A stretch of 64,000 nucleotides of DNA from Phoronis australis. Its lineage: Eukaryota > Animalia > Phoronida. The notes beneath the pieces are model-generated. The model saw only the letters and a program-made list of their open reading frames with translations. It did no database searches and was not told where the DNA came from. Positions 24,514 to 36,503 of this stretch are shown piece after piece. Location: contig NMRA01000217.1 of the NCBI GenBank assembly GCA_002633005.1, positions 186,001 to 250,000 on the forward strand, written 5' to 3'. A program made the translations under genes and the position numbers. The first letter of the stretch is position 1. Every line of letters begins with the position of its first letter.

Positions 24514-27500
24514 TTACGCGTGCACATCGGTGCTCCTTCTTCGTTTAATCTAAAAGTCCCGGATTGAAGAAATGGTGAGCAGTTGAATTACAAAGTAGAA
24601 GAGCAAACCAATAGTTAAATCAAATGCTGGCATCAGGAAAAAATTACCACAAGAAGGTTTATTTCACGTAGCACCATGAGAAGTAGCTATGAACTTCATG
24701 ACATTAAGCTGAATACATTTTTTATCATTTTGATTTTTACACAAGGCAACACTAATTTTAGACCTTTGAGTAAAACGTACAAGAAAAACAGGCGGTGTCT
24801 GTTTTCACAGCATACCACAACTTAGAGAAAGAGAAGCAATTTAAAATACTACCTACTCACATGGCGATGTTTTCCAGGCCTTCTCTTTTTGTCATTTCCA
24901 GTTGCCGTCAGTTTCAAAGCGTCTGTGTCGGACAACGTTCCAACTGGTGATATCGAGTCTTGATTTGAACTATCAGCATACTGTTGGGCTGTTGTTTCAG
25001 TCTGGGCCGTTACAATCGGATTTGCGCTCAACGGCACCTCTTTCGAGGTTTCACAAATACCGTCTGTCCCAGTTGGAGCTATTTTTTCGCAGACCGGTGA
25101 GATTTCCGAGGTCAGGAATACGCCGACTTTTGGCGCAAATTCCTCACTTCGAGTACTGCTCCAAGTTTGCCACCGTCCAGAACCTTCCACTTTATCACTG
25201 GTATCACTTGTCGCGGCGTAAAATTTTTCTGGCTCTTTGCGTATCGCTCGCCTGGTATGCTCATGTCGCTTCTGTTGGTGATGTAAGCGAGCAGCAGACG
25301 GCGAGTTTTCACTCATACTTGACCTTGGTTCGTATGGTTCACTAGTGACGAGAAGCGTGGATGATGAATTCGTGCTCAGTGATGAGTTACTATCTGTTCG
25401 TTCGTCACTCTCCCGCCCATGGCTCCCGAGTGCATCTTGGGCAGGCAAAGGTCGCGATCCTGTCGTCATACCGACAAAATTAAGGCCAAGGGCGACGGAA
25501 TCTTGGAGCAAATGTGGTCGTTGCGTGCGACTGGAATCTGTCCTCTGGGTAGGCAACATAAGCGGGTGGTGCCGTTGATGGTGGGGGTGGTGGTGAGCCA
25601 GAGCCGTGGGCAGTTTCTCTCCGATCCCAGCCATGCGGTGGTATGTGGCACCTACCCGCTGGTCCTAAGTCAGATTGTTAAAATGAAGTGACGAATAAAT
25701 ACACAAAACATACCGAGAATGGCGTAGACGAAGTAATATCCCACGATACATTATTCCGTGTATGGTGCGAGATTGAAGGTCGAGGTCGATACGCCCAACA
25801 ATGTCGACTGGGATATAACTTCATCTACGCCAATCGAGGTACGTTTTGTATTCATTCCCTCCCCTTCGAATTCTTAAGTTTCTTTCAGTTTTTGGCAGAT
25901 TTTTTAAACACTTCACACAGCCTGTTCACGTGGTGGATCACATCCTACATTTATCCCACACGCTTGAATCAGTCGAGTGTAATAATGTTTTCCGTATTCA
26001 CCACCTGCTATACTTCAACTCTGACATGGTCTCGGTCGATACGCGGAATAATGTTTCATGGGATATTACTTCATGTACGCTACTCTCGGTACGTTTTGTG
26101 TAGGTATGTATGTACTTGCGCGTTATGTTACAAGTTTTCTCTAGCAAAAGAAACACTTTTAAATATAGCGATTACTTGATTGAACTCACGCCTTGTAACA
26201 TTTCCTGTAAATGATTAAATAACAACAATATGTTAACATTGTAGTTACCGAGGAATCGGCGCCTGAGAGTCTGGGCTCTTAGTAGCAAATAAAACTGCGA
26301 CAGAAATGTCAGTTTTGCACCAAATGCTATATTTGGGACCTGATTGGGTGTTGAGTGTTATTTGTACTGCTGTAGTTTTTTACTTTAAACTATTTCTAGG
26401 AAAGTTTGTTTATCGAACCGGCTAACGACGTCGAGTCGATATTGACCTACCTTTTGAACTTTCCATGTCATGCTAAAGCAGTCGCGGGAGTGAAATACAG
26501 AAAACAATATCACACGGCTGCATTGCACTCAACTTAAACAATGGGACAAAACGTGTAATTCTCAACGCATCATAAAGTGAAATAACAAACTTTCATTATT
26601 TTTCATGGCCGTTATAAACACGCTATTGTAGACTGATGCGAAATGTTCGGAATGAACAAGCTTCTGTATGATGAGGACCTTTTAGCCATATTTAAAATAC
26701 ACTTACTTGCAAAAACTGTGTACGGCTGGGATCGGCACTCAATAAAAAATGGTTCATTTCCGATTTGAGAGCCTCGTTCTGATGCTGCAGCGCGGACACC
26801 ATTCTCTCCAGCTCTTGTCGCTGCTGTAACTGAATGGCGGCGAATGCCTCGTGCTCCCCCTGCATCGCTTGCATCTTGTCAGTCAACTCTTTTCGAAGCT
26901 TGTCCAGCTCCCTAGATTTTTGACCCTCGTGGTAGGAATTAAGACCTTCGATATCGTCACGATGAAGTCTCGTTCGTTCCAAAACAATCTGCTCCATCAG
27001 GCGGTTATTCGAGTCGTTTTCTTTGTGCAGCTGACTAACCTCTTTTTCGCACATAACTATGTAGTCCGATTTTTCCTTAATCGTCGACTTCAGCAATTTT
27101 ATCTCGTTTACCAGTGAGCTCGTTGTGTGCCCACATTCGTTTGCAGCGTTGATTACGGTTCTGTCGTTCTCCGTAGAACTTTGGCCGTAACAGGAGGGTT
27201 CACTTGGCAGCAGTTGATTGCGCAAATTTTCCACCTCTTGTTCCAACGCCCGAATTCTTTGTTCTTTCTGTTCAAATTTAATGACTGTCGTATCCTCCGG
27301 GGTATGAGGTGGAGATTGCCTGCTCAACAACTCCTGTTGCAGTTTTGAATTAGATAATAACAGAGCTGCTCGCATGTTTGTCGCCGTCTTCAGCATTTGC
27401 TCCTTGTCAGAAATCTTTGACTCCATGAAATCTATTTGATTCCGGAGAACTGCAATCGTGTCCTCATACTGCTTAATGACCTCTGACTCTGCACATGATG

Positions 27501-28881
27501 GTTGAGGGGGTTGCGTTGTATCTGAAGTGTAGTGGTAAGGCACCGCAGAGTGCATACTGTCAGAATTTGGGAAACAAAGGTTGTCACTTTGAGTGCAATT
27601 AGACATCTGTTGATCTAGAGTTGGCGCCTTTACTTCGCTGCACATACGGAATGCATTTTCCAATAACTCGTCCTTTAACTGAGATGAAGCCGTATATATC
27701 GCTTCGTGCACTACATTTGAAGCACACAGAGAAATAATTAGGTCGGTGTCAGTGTCGTAAGTTTGTGTGGAACATTCACAATGGTCAGTCACGATATCTA
27801 AGCCGCGACTGTCCACACCTTTACAGTGAGGTTGGAATCGAATGTCATCTGTTTGTGAAAATTTTGTACCCAACTTCCTTGATTTTAGCGACCGAATGTA
27901 CTTTTCCTTCGACGATATGTCATCCTTGAGTCCTTTTATTTCAGCAAGTCGCTCATCACAGGTGTTTATAAGTCTATTCTTTTCTTTGCGCATGCTTGAC
28001 ATGTCCCTTTCAAGTGTCCTGCACCTTTTGTTAAGTTCACTGAAATCCTCCATCTTTTCCTTTTGCTCCCGAACAAGCTTTTCCTGAAGCATTGATATGA
28101 TGGAGTCAGTTTCTTTTGCTGTCGCAAAATGTTCCTGAATCGTTTCTAGAGAACCTCGAAGGCGCTCTGTCAGCTTGTCCAATTCGACTTCTTTGTTAAC
28201 TATCTGTTGCGCCTGTGCTTTGTTTTCTAATGAAAGGTCCGCTGCAACTTGCTTTAATTCCTGAATTCTGTCGTTAGCGTCAGCCTCGTCGTCATTTAAA
28301 GTTTGCACTCCAATTTCTGGCTGTGCGGACACACAGTTCAGAGTCTTTTTATCACAGCTTGAGCAATTTTCAAGAAAAGGAAACGTCCTATTGTGATCGA
28401 TAGTCATCTTGAATTCAGGTCTAAGAAGTTGGAGCTTTAAGTCGCAAATCTCTTCTCGCAAACGATAGATGACATCATTCTTCTGGAAATTGGTAAGTCG
28501 AAATTCATGATCCTTTAATCTTGCGTCACGAACAAGTTTATTGTTATTTTCAACGCACTTTTGAAGGTTCCGTACTATTTCCGAAATGACATACTCTTTG
28601 CTATGCAGATCAGAACTATATTCGATTTTACTTTTATTTAATTCTGATTTCAGTTTTTGTAAGTCTTCGTCTCGACTCTTAACAAGCGTTTCTAGATCTT
28701 CCTGTTCGACTTTAAGACGTGTCAGCTTTTCTGTAATTCTCATGAGTTCAGACTGTTGCTCCATGTAACTCGACTCATATAGAGCTTCCCTCGTAACCAA
28801 CACCGCTTGAAGCTCCAGCAACTGGTCTTCGAGTGATTCTTTTTCATGTTGAAGGTAGTCGTCACACATGGTCGTTTTCAT
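24514..28881 (-). CDS. Large coiled-coil protein, ~1004 aa (exons 28881-26707, 25664-24861, 24549-24514)
   Basis: The track ORFs 26692-28923 and 24849-25634 are exons of one gene. The donor CAA|gtaagt (26706) joins the acceptor gacttag|GAC (25665) in phase 0, and the donor CAT|gtgagt (24860) joins ttttag|ATT, giving ...DKKRRPGKHRH-IKRRRSTDVHA*. Exon 1 is E/K/L/Q-rich with heptad character and exon 2 is S/T/H-rich and disordered. The start at MKTTMCDDY is assumed. Confidence 0.8.
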
Positions 28882-31019
28882 AATAACAATAGCTAAAGTT
28901 CTCGTGACAATTAGATGACGCAACCGTGAGTGACTGCTTTAGACGCAAATTGAAATTTGGAGGAAGGTAGGTCAGCGGTTTTGTGAGAAAGCTCTTCCGC
29001 TGCATTACTTCCAACTTGGATACAGATAGCAGTGGCTGTAAAATGATGTAGAGATGCAATTCGATTATGCTACAGGTTATGTTTATAATAGCCGATTCCC
29101 AATGTACACGTGTGATTTTAATATCACACTGAAATGGTCTGTTATAAGAATAAAACTTACTGCTGGAAAAAATCTATGTTGACTCCATATTTCTCATTAA
29201 TTTTATGCCGCACTTCTGTAGTTTCTAGCAGCACGTGTCGCATTTCCACTGAACTGTAAGACCAACCTCCCTGTGACCTGTAACTACGCATATGCTGTCT
29301 GCGCGTGAAATTAAAAACAAAACTCAAACGACTTCACAAAAAACGTGCAAAGCATTTCTGTAATGCGCAAATGACACTGTCTGCGTGCTCATCGTTAGCG
29401 TTCGCTAAAAACTCACCTAGAAAGTCACATGGTATAATTAGCATTTCTATATTTATTATAAAGACATGGGTTCACGAGTAAACATAGATAATTAATTAAA
29501 CATAAAAATATAAGACAAGCGTGGATTTCCCCTGCCACATGGACTTATATGTTACCTTATTAACATTTCTGTTACGCAGATAATACCATTTTACATAATG
29601 GTTCTTTTCTAGCTTCTACAACGTGTTTTACTTAATTTCCTAAACATATTCGCAAGGTAGCTTCGCCTGGAAACTCTCTTCTTGAATGTTCGTATTTACT
29701 ACAAGCAAAACAAAATGATTGTCATCTTCACATAATTCTCATTACAAACTTCACACAATCAAAGCCAATCTACCCGTTTCAATTCCCAAAGGTAACTTAG
29801 CCACAATATTGTGAGAAGGGGAGAGGAAACCACAAAGATTCTACTCAGTAGTCATGTTTAGTAGTTTGCGTTTACCGAAGATTCTGTAGCTGAAATCAAG
29901 GAGCGGTTTTAAAGTCATACGTAATATAAAATTTGCGTACTGCTTGTGCGCGTAGTAAAACTCAAGTGCCTTATGTGAAGCAGCGTCTATATCCGGAATC
30001 ACACGCATGCGCCCATATACGAAAAACCCAAGGTGTGAGCGAAACTTAACAGAGAGGGATACAAAGACGTGTATTCATTTTAATACCAACTACAGTGTAA
30101 GACAAAAAGTATTGAAAATAGGCAAAAACACACGAATAACGCCGATTTTATGATATGCCCATGTGCCTATAGGGGGAACTTATATGCGAAATGATCATTC
30201 CAACCCTCCTTCACAACAGCATCACTTCTATTCAGCTCAAAGGGACATTGCTCAGCGAAAAGTGTAATTTTTTGAGACCATGCTCGGAATCGGACGTGGA
30301 ACACTGGTGGTTGCAGTCTAACGTTCTGTTGGCGGAGATAAATCCAAGTCCTAAAATGCCAAATAATTTTAGTCCTTGGCTGATAAAGTGTCGGTCCTGA
30401 TTTCAGCGAATGTCTGGCGGACAATGGCGAGAATTGGGCATCTATACATGAAATATAATCACCAACAAAAACATAACAGCTCGGACTAAATTTAATAAGG
30501 GAGCGTTCACACTCTACTTCATCCAAAATTTCCACTTTTTACCACCCTCTCCTCCAAGTTCTGTTATCGCACGTCATCGTGATATATCCCCGGTGTAGCC
30601 TCTAACTACGTCATTTCAGCCAACCCTCTATCCCCTGTTTTTGGAAGAACCAATAATTCGTTGAAAATCCTATCTAGTGTTTCTATAGGCTTAATCGTAA
30701 GTTGCACTTTCCGCTATTGCATTCCACAATGAAATAAAGTACACCATTTCATCTATAAGGTAAGCCGAATGAAATGAGATCAAATCTTGGGAGCGTGAAA
30801 TGGCGAGTAGCCGGTTTCGGAATTAGTCAATTCCGCTATAAAACGTGAACCAGTCTCTGAAACATAGGTACAGCGATGGAGACTTTCACACGATGACGTC
30901 ACCATGAGTGAAACCCTCTCTCTCCCTGTTATAAATTGCCATCTTTTCCAAATACCTCTCCTCATGTGATGACGTAATATGTGAACGCTCCCGAACAATT
31001 GGGAATCCAGTGCCCAATG

Positions 31020-34000
31020 AATTTTATTATAACTTGAGAGATTAAAACTACTGACAATCTTATCAGACATTTTATTACAAAATTTCAAATGGAATTACAA
31101 TGACATCATGAATAAATTGTGTAGAAAAGAACTGTCAACCTCATATCAGATTCTAACACTTTTTTCTTTACTTACAAACACATCCTCACACCCTGCAACT
31201 TCTACCAACAAGATCTCATCCACCAACATGTCAATGCAACCTGCATTTTCTTCTTTCCTCACCATCACCTTCGTACAAAATGTTCTGGTGGCCAACATTC
31301 AAATCACAATAGTACAAACCCATCGGATTAAGTGCTTTTAAATTTTGCGCATCACTTTGACGAAGAAAGCAGATAGGATAAGAACATCAGTACATTAGAA
31401 TTGAAATACCTGGGAAAATAAGAACAGTAATCGTTTGTATTGAAAATGAGAACATTTACATGATTTGAAACAAAAGAATTAGAAAGCTAATAACTTCTGC
31501 CTAAATCATAACCACTGTTAGACCTCTAAAAACCTGACGTGCGCTCAGTAGACGCTAGGAGCTACGCTAGGACCTAGCTAAAACCAAGTCAAAGTCACGT
31601 GTTCTTATTTAAAATACACGGCAATATCCCACGTAATCTCGCTTTTTAGCGAGGTCATAGCGCTACTGAACGGGAGGCTGTACATCGTCGAGGGGATCGC
31701 ATAATCTTTTCTTGACTACAGAGCCACGGATAGCGTTTTATGGACAATGAAAATTTACAACGGCCACTCACAAGACTGAAATCCTATTTGTATGGACAAT
31801 AATCTGAAATTAACTAAATATTCACCGAGATAACAACGTGTTGAGAGTATACATCTGTATGTTGAAATTCGCCCAGGCAAGTTCCACGACTTTTACCGGT
31901 ATAGATCAAATAACAAAGTCAATACAAGTTACGTTTTATTATTAACAATTTTTAACAAATGCTGAAAACAATTGAAAAGTACTTGAAGATGCTTCAACTT
32001 AAAGGTTGAGACTACTGACAATGATCTCAGAAAATTTGAAAGATTATCCGGGTTCCCTGTCCGATGCACGGGATTACTGTTTTAAAGGTCGGGTTTTGTG
32101 TTTTAAGCTTCGAGGTTCGTGTTTTGCGAGCTGGTTAGCTGTTTTGAAGGTGTGGAGTCGGTTTCCGACACGGGAATAATCTGTATTACATCGGGATTCC
32201 AGTTTCGATGGAACACTCTGACCTTGCTCGAGTCCAGTTCTGTATTGAAGTTCACGTGTTAATTGCCTGTCAGTAAAAATTGCCGTTTCCCGATGTCCTT
32301 TAGCGGATGCCGTCATGACGTGGGGTATGGCTGCCGTAGTGGGACGTGCGTCTGCCGTCGTACAAGGGTGTGGCATAGGTACATATGTGCGTGTGAGCCG
32401 TGGTGGGTATTTTCCATGTTTGTCACTGTAGTTAAGTTTACGGCCTTATGACGTCATACCACCTAGACGGGTGCCTCTGAAGATACAAGGAAACGCGTTT
32501 ACTGTGAATACGAAATCCAGAATATCTAGTAATAACAGAAATTGTTATAATTATAACAATAATAATAACAATCCGGCATTTGTATAAACTTAATCAAACC
32601 ATTAGCGAGGGTAAATAGTATGGAACTCCTCGCTTATGCGAATTAAAATGTGACATTGAAAAAGTGGACATTCGCTCACAAGTTATTTAGTTTGAGTGGC
32701 TGTTTTGTTCACAAGACTGATTAGACACTGCTGTAACCGGTAAAAATCGAATATAGCACGCCCCTTCATATCCTTTGTGTCCTTACATATAAAGTAAACT
32801 GAAATGACGAAGTATACGTTCCCCACTGGACAACGACCAGCTGTTTACACTCCCATTTTCGTGAAATCAACATCATTTGAGAAGATTTGGATTTCACGAA
32901 AAGGAGAGTGTAAACTGTTGGTCGTTGTACAGTAGAGCTGGGGAATCTATATTTCGTCATTTCAGTTTATTGTATATATACTGCCAGGAAGGCTTTAACG
33001 GGTAAGTTATATACTTCTATTACCGCTGTAACCACCTTGATATGTGTAATCAGTTCTTCATAAGATGTTCCACATAACGTCTAACTTTTACAACTAGTCG
33101 TGACTGGAAAACGTCATTTTGTGACATTTCCAACCTCATCAATCTATTAATCATGAACGTTGCCCAGCTAACATCTGTATGTAATGCTCTGCCTATCAAC
33201 TGTGTGAGAATTTCTCGAGGATATCACGAATAAGTGTAACTCTACCAAACATTTTTGTGTGATGGTCCTAATGCTTACGAATTGATTTCGTTTGATAAAG
33301 CCATTTCAAGGGATGGTCTTACGTGGGAGTACTGAGTTGACTGATGTCCACATTGATCGTTTTACAGTTGGTATGAAGCTCAACCATGGCTGTCGAGCCG
33401 GTAGCTTCCTTTACGATGCCTATGTGCCCCTTAAATGGACCGTAGATGATGCGTACAGTTTGGTACAAGAGCGTTGAGTGCCTCCTACCATTACTTCGGC
33501 CCCGCCCAGCACCACCATCACCCCGCCCACCGCCGGCACAGCCACTGATATAGGGTGTAATGAAGCTTAGCTTGGTGGGCCTTGTGCGCTGCTGTAAAGA
33601 CAAGAACAAGCAAACATGGAAGAAACATGGTCGATCAATCATGTTATTTAAAAGGATACTAAACCCTACAGAAAGTATTTTGATGATTTCAATCAATCTT
33701 CGTTCTGTCATCTGCTAATGCATCATTGGCGTCAATCTCCCAACAAGTTAAAGGCAAAAATCAACTAAAAATTTAATACCCCTATGTCTCAGATTGGATA
33801 TTATGGTCCTTGGTGGGTGGTCTTTTCCCGCAGTTGCCGTATAATTCATTAAAAGCGTAGGTCACGCTTGCCCGTTTAGCAGACTTTGAAAAGAGTTTTC
33901 AAATTCATCTCCGGCTTGCCGATGATTACAGAGCATCATTTTGTTTCAGAGATGTGGATGGAAAGATTGTTTTTAATATCTGTTAATAGGCTAAAACCGG

Positions 34001-34110
34001 GTTTGGTATCATTTTAAGAATAGCTTCCTCTCACCTGTGGGTATGGATACATGGAGGACACATGGTGTCTGTTCCCCTATTTACAACAAGTGTTAACCCA
34101 AAGGAATTAT
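31020..34110 (-). pseudogene. Partial unprocessed duplicate of SPT5 (KOW5 exon 33591-33323, CTR exon from 32476 with stop at 32446-32448, 3'UTR ~31020-31793)
   Basis: The exon QRTRPT...[44 protein letters not shown] aligns to SPT5 exon 60250-59961. Flanking introns align to 59423-59960 and 60251-60440, and 31020-31793 aligns to 52908-53551. A TAC>TAA stop and a frameshift break the CTR exon, and five downstream exons are missing. Confidence 0.85.
31530..31680 (-). mobile_element. ~150-bp MITE family C (other copies ~21830-21955, ~41830-41970, ~46237-46418, ~49528-49685)
   Basis: Core cgctaggacctcgctaaaaagc...gcgagattacgtgagatattgccgtgtattttaaat with inverted ends cgttcagtaacgctaggacct/aggtcctagcgttactgaacg. 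This copy is absent at the homologous parent position (~53435), so it inserted after the SPT5 duplication (or was lost from the parent). Confidence 0.75.
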
Positions 34111-34159
34111 GGAGTTGGATTAAAGTACCCATTCTGCCGCATCCGATTCCGTACATACT

Positions 34160-34198
34160 CCCTCTCCCTCTCCCCCTCCCTCCCTTCCATCCCTCCCT

Positions 34199-34238
<40 letters not shown>
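34160..34238. repeat. CT-rich / (CT)n microsatellite
   Basis: Directly visible. Confidence 0.9.
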
Positions 34239-34241
<3 letters not shown>

Positions 34242-36503
34242 CATGTGAGCACCCAGACTAAAATAAAGGGGGGCTCGAATTTTTGAGGATGTGGACCTTT
34301 ACTAAAGAAAAAAAACGAAGTCAACACGAGGTTCGTTCAGGCGGAACTGGGGGGTGGGGTTCGGTAAAAATATGGTGGCATCCAGAGAAGGGGGGGGGGT
34401 GACGATAGCAAGGGGGTAGGTTGGCGAAGTCAAATTGATCGGCACTGCGTTGTTTCGATGGATCAGTGCAGACTACCAAAGCAATTGCAATCTCGTTGGA
34501 GACGGCGATTATGTCGCTATAACAATACGCAGGATAAAATGTCGATGAATTCATGAGACCTTCATCCCCGGTTTCGGGACAGCTTGGATTTCGGCAAATT
34601 AGTTGTTTGCAAAATTAGTGTCCAGTTATCTAAAAAGTCATTGTAGTTGCTAATGTATGTCCAAATATCCCGGAATGTTTTTCATTTAGAGCACACATAC
34701 TAAGACAAATTCCTCCATAAATGGGAACCGTGGAGATTCCCGGGGATATGGGCTGGGCGTGGCTCCGCGTAGCATCCAAATCGGTTGGCATTGGGCAGGG
34801 GCTGGTATCCTGGGAACGTTAGGGATGACGGAAGCTTCTCAATATTTGCTCACCTGGGTCATACAGCGGTCCAGTGCACGTCTAATACACCCCGTGCTGT
34901 AGCTCTTCTGGACTGGGTCTGGGGGACATGTAGCCAGGGCATTTTCAAAGTCATCTTGCCTGAAGAAATGAAACTTGTTTATTATTGGAATTGAAGAGGC
35001 TTTAATACAGCCTTCCATCACAAAGACCACTTTTGATGCAGGTCCCTTACCACTATGAAATTGAACTCAAATCATTCCTTTGTGAAATTAGAGGTGATTT
35101 TAGGGATTCGAACGAATTGGCGCCGCCCACGGACTCAACAAATAAGTCACTAATAGTTCTTTAAAAACTCAGAAATCACTTCTCACGGGAGTAAGGAACA
35201 AGTTGAGGCCAAGTTTACAGCTGTAATTATAAGCTGTCTAAATCTAAAGTTCGCCTCTTGGACGGAGCTCGGATTTGTAGCCAACGACTTTAAACGGAAT
35301 TGATAGCTAGCATGACGATGACAACGATGACGATGCTGGTAATAATAACAAGAAGGGTATAGGTACTCCTAATCTCAAGACCTGGTGCTGTTCAGTCTGT
35401 TGTTAGCATTTCCAGCGCTTGTGTCTACTGAAAAATGATGTTGAGGTTGACACTTGAAGGTTTGTTACTGCTCGTATCGGTCAGTACTAAGCAATCGTGT
35501 GTAAGGCAATTCTAATTCGCCTATACAAGACTGTGTACATATCTATACACATAAGCTATAGTGTAACAGCATGGGGTTTCTGGCTCTTAGCATACTAATT
35601 AAAAGTACTTTAAAGAAGATATAATAGAGCTTGAGAAAAGTAAGCACAGTCGCGCTTCCAATTCAGTAGATTTCATTATACCGCACATGCACCTTTCGAG
35701 GCCCATTTGCCTGTGTCTGAACGTGTTTGCATTAGTGTTGATCGCACTTGCCTTGCCTTAGCGCTACCACTAGGTGCCCCATTTGGCGTGCCTTTTGCCT
35801 ATTGTTTGTATGCGTGAATTAATTGTTTAATTAATCTTCAATTGAATACACCTCAGTATCTACCTTTTTAAGTGAGAAGTAAACCTTACAAAACGGTTAT
35901 CTCACTCAAAGGCTTTGCAAGTATGAATTCGGATATTGAACCAGTTCCATATACGAGTACACGGGCAGACGGTTTCGAGTGTATGCATGCGCATATAAGC
36001 GGCACTCAATAAATCCATTGAAAGGAAAGGGCGACTGTTTATTTTTTATATCCAATCGTCCCTTGCGTGAGGACCTTCTTCAATGCAAATGATAAACTTG
36101 ACAGCATGTAAAACAGTGTACGAATACTTTGAATTTTTTCTAACCTGAGAGAAGTGGGAAGTGGTTTGTATTTACCAGTAGTGCAATGCTGGCACGCTGG
36201 CGGGCACGTTGCAGAGGTGGCTGGGATTCGCATGACTATTGGTCGAAGTTGGTTTTGGAAACAATCCGGGATCTAAAAGAAATGAATACATGAACTCATG
36301 CTTAGCCCTAACTCCAAACCTAAAGGTAACCCTACGCAACCGTTCCTCACCCTAACGCTAATCCTACCCAATCACTCCTCATCCTAACGCTAACCCTCAC
36401 GCTGGCCCTATCAATGACCATAACTCTAAACTTTCTTGGATGACGTCATTTCCGCCTGGTGTCTGATTCTATTCTGTATGATACTGCCGAATTTGGCCAT
36501 TCC

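Noticed and set aside
24849-25634. Stand-alone His-rich transcription-factor (homeobox-like) first exon
   Set aside because: An in-frame acceptor 30 nt upstream links it to the coiled-coil exon, and the next exon ends after 11 codons with no DNA-binding domain.
28893-33323. Splicing of the SPT5-copy KOW5 exon onto the coiled-coil exon
   Set aside because: The donor is phase 2 while the nearest acceptor (28893-28894) is phase 1, and a polyA signal lies between them.
31020-34110. SPT5 copy as a retrocopy
   Set aside because: Introns are retained, similarity continues past the predicted cleavage site, and there is no polyA tract, so it is a DNA-level duplication.
36300-36430. Interstitial telomeric (CCCTAA)n array
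   Set aside because: Only scattered degenerate CCTAA/ACCCT motifs, more like a repeat-element microsatellite remnant.
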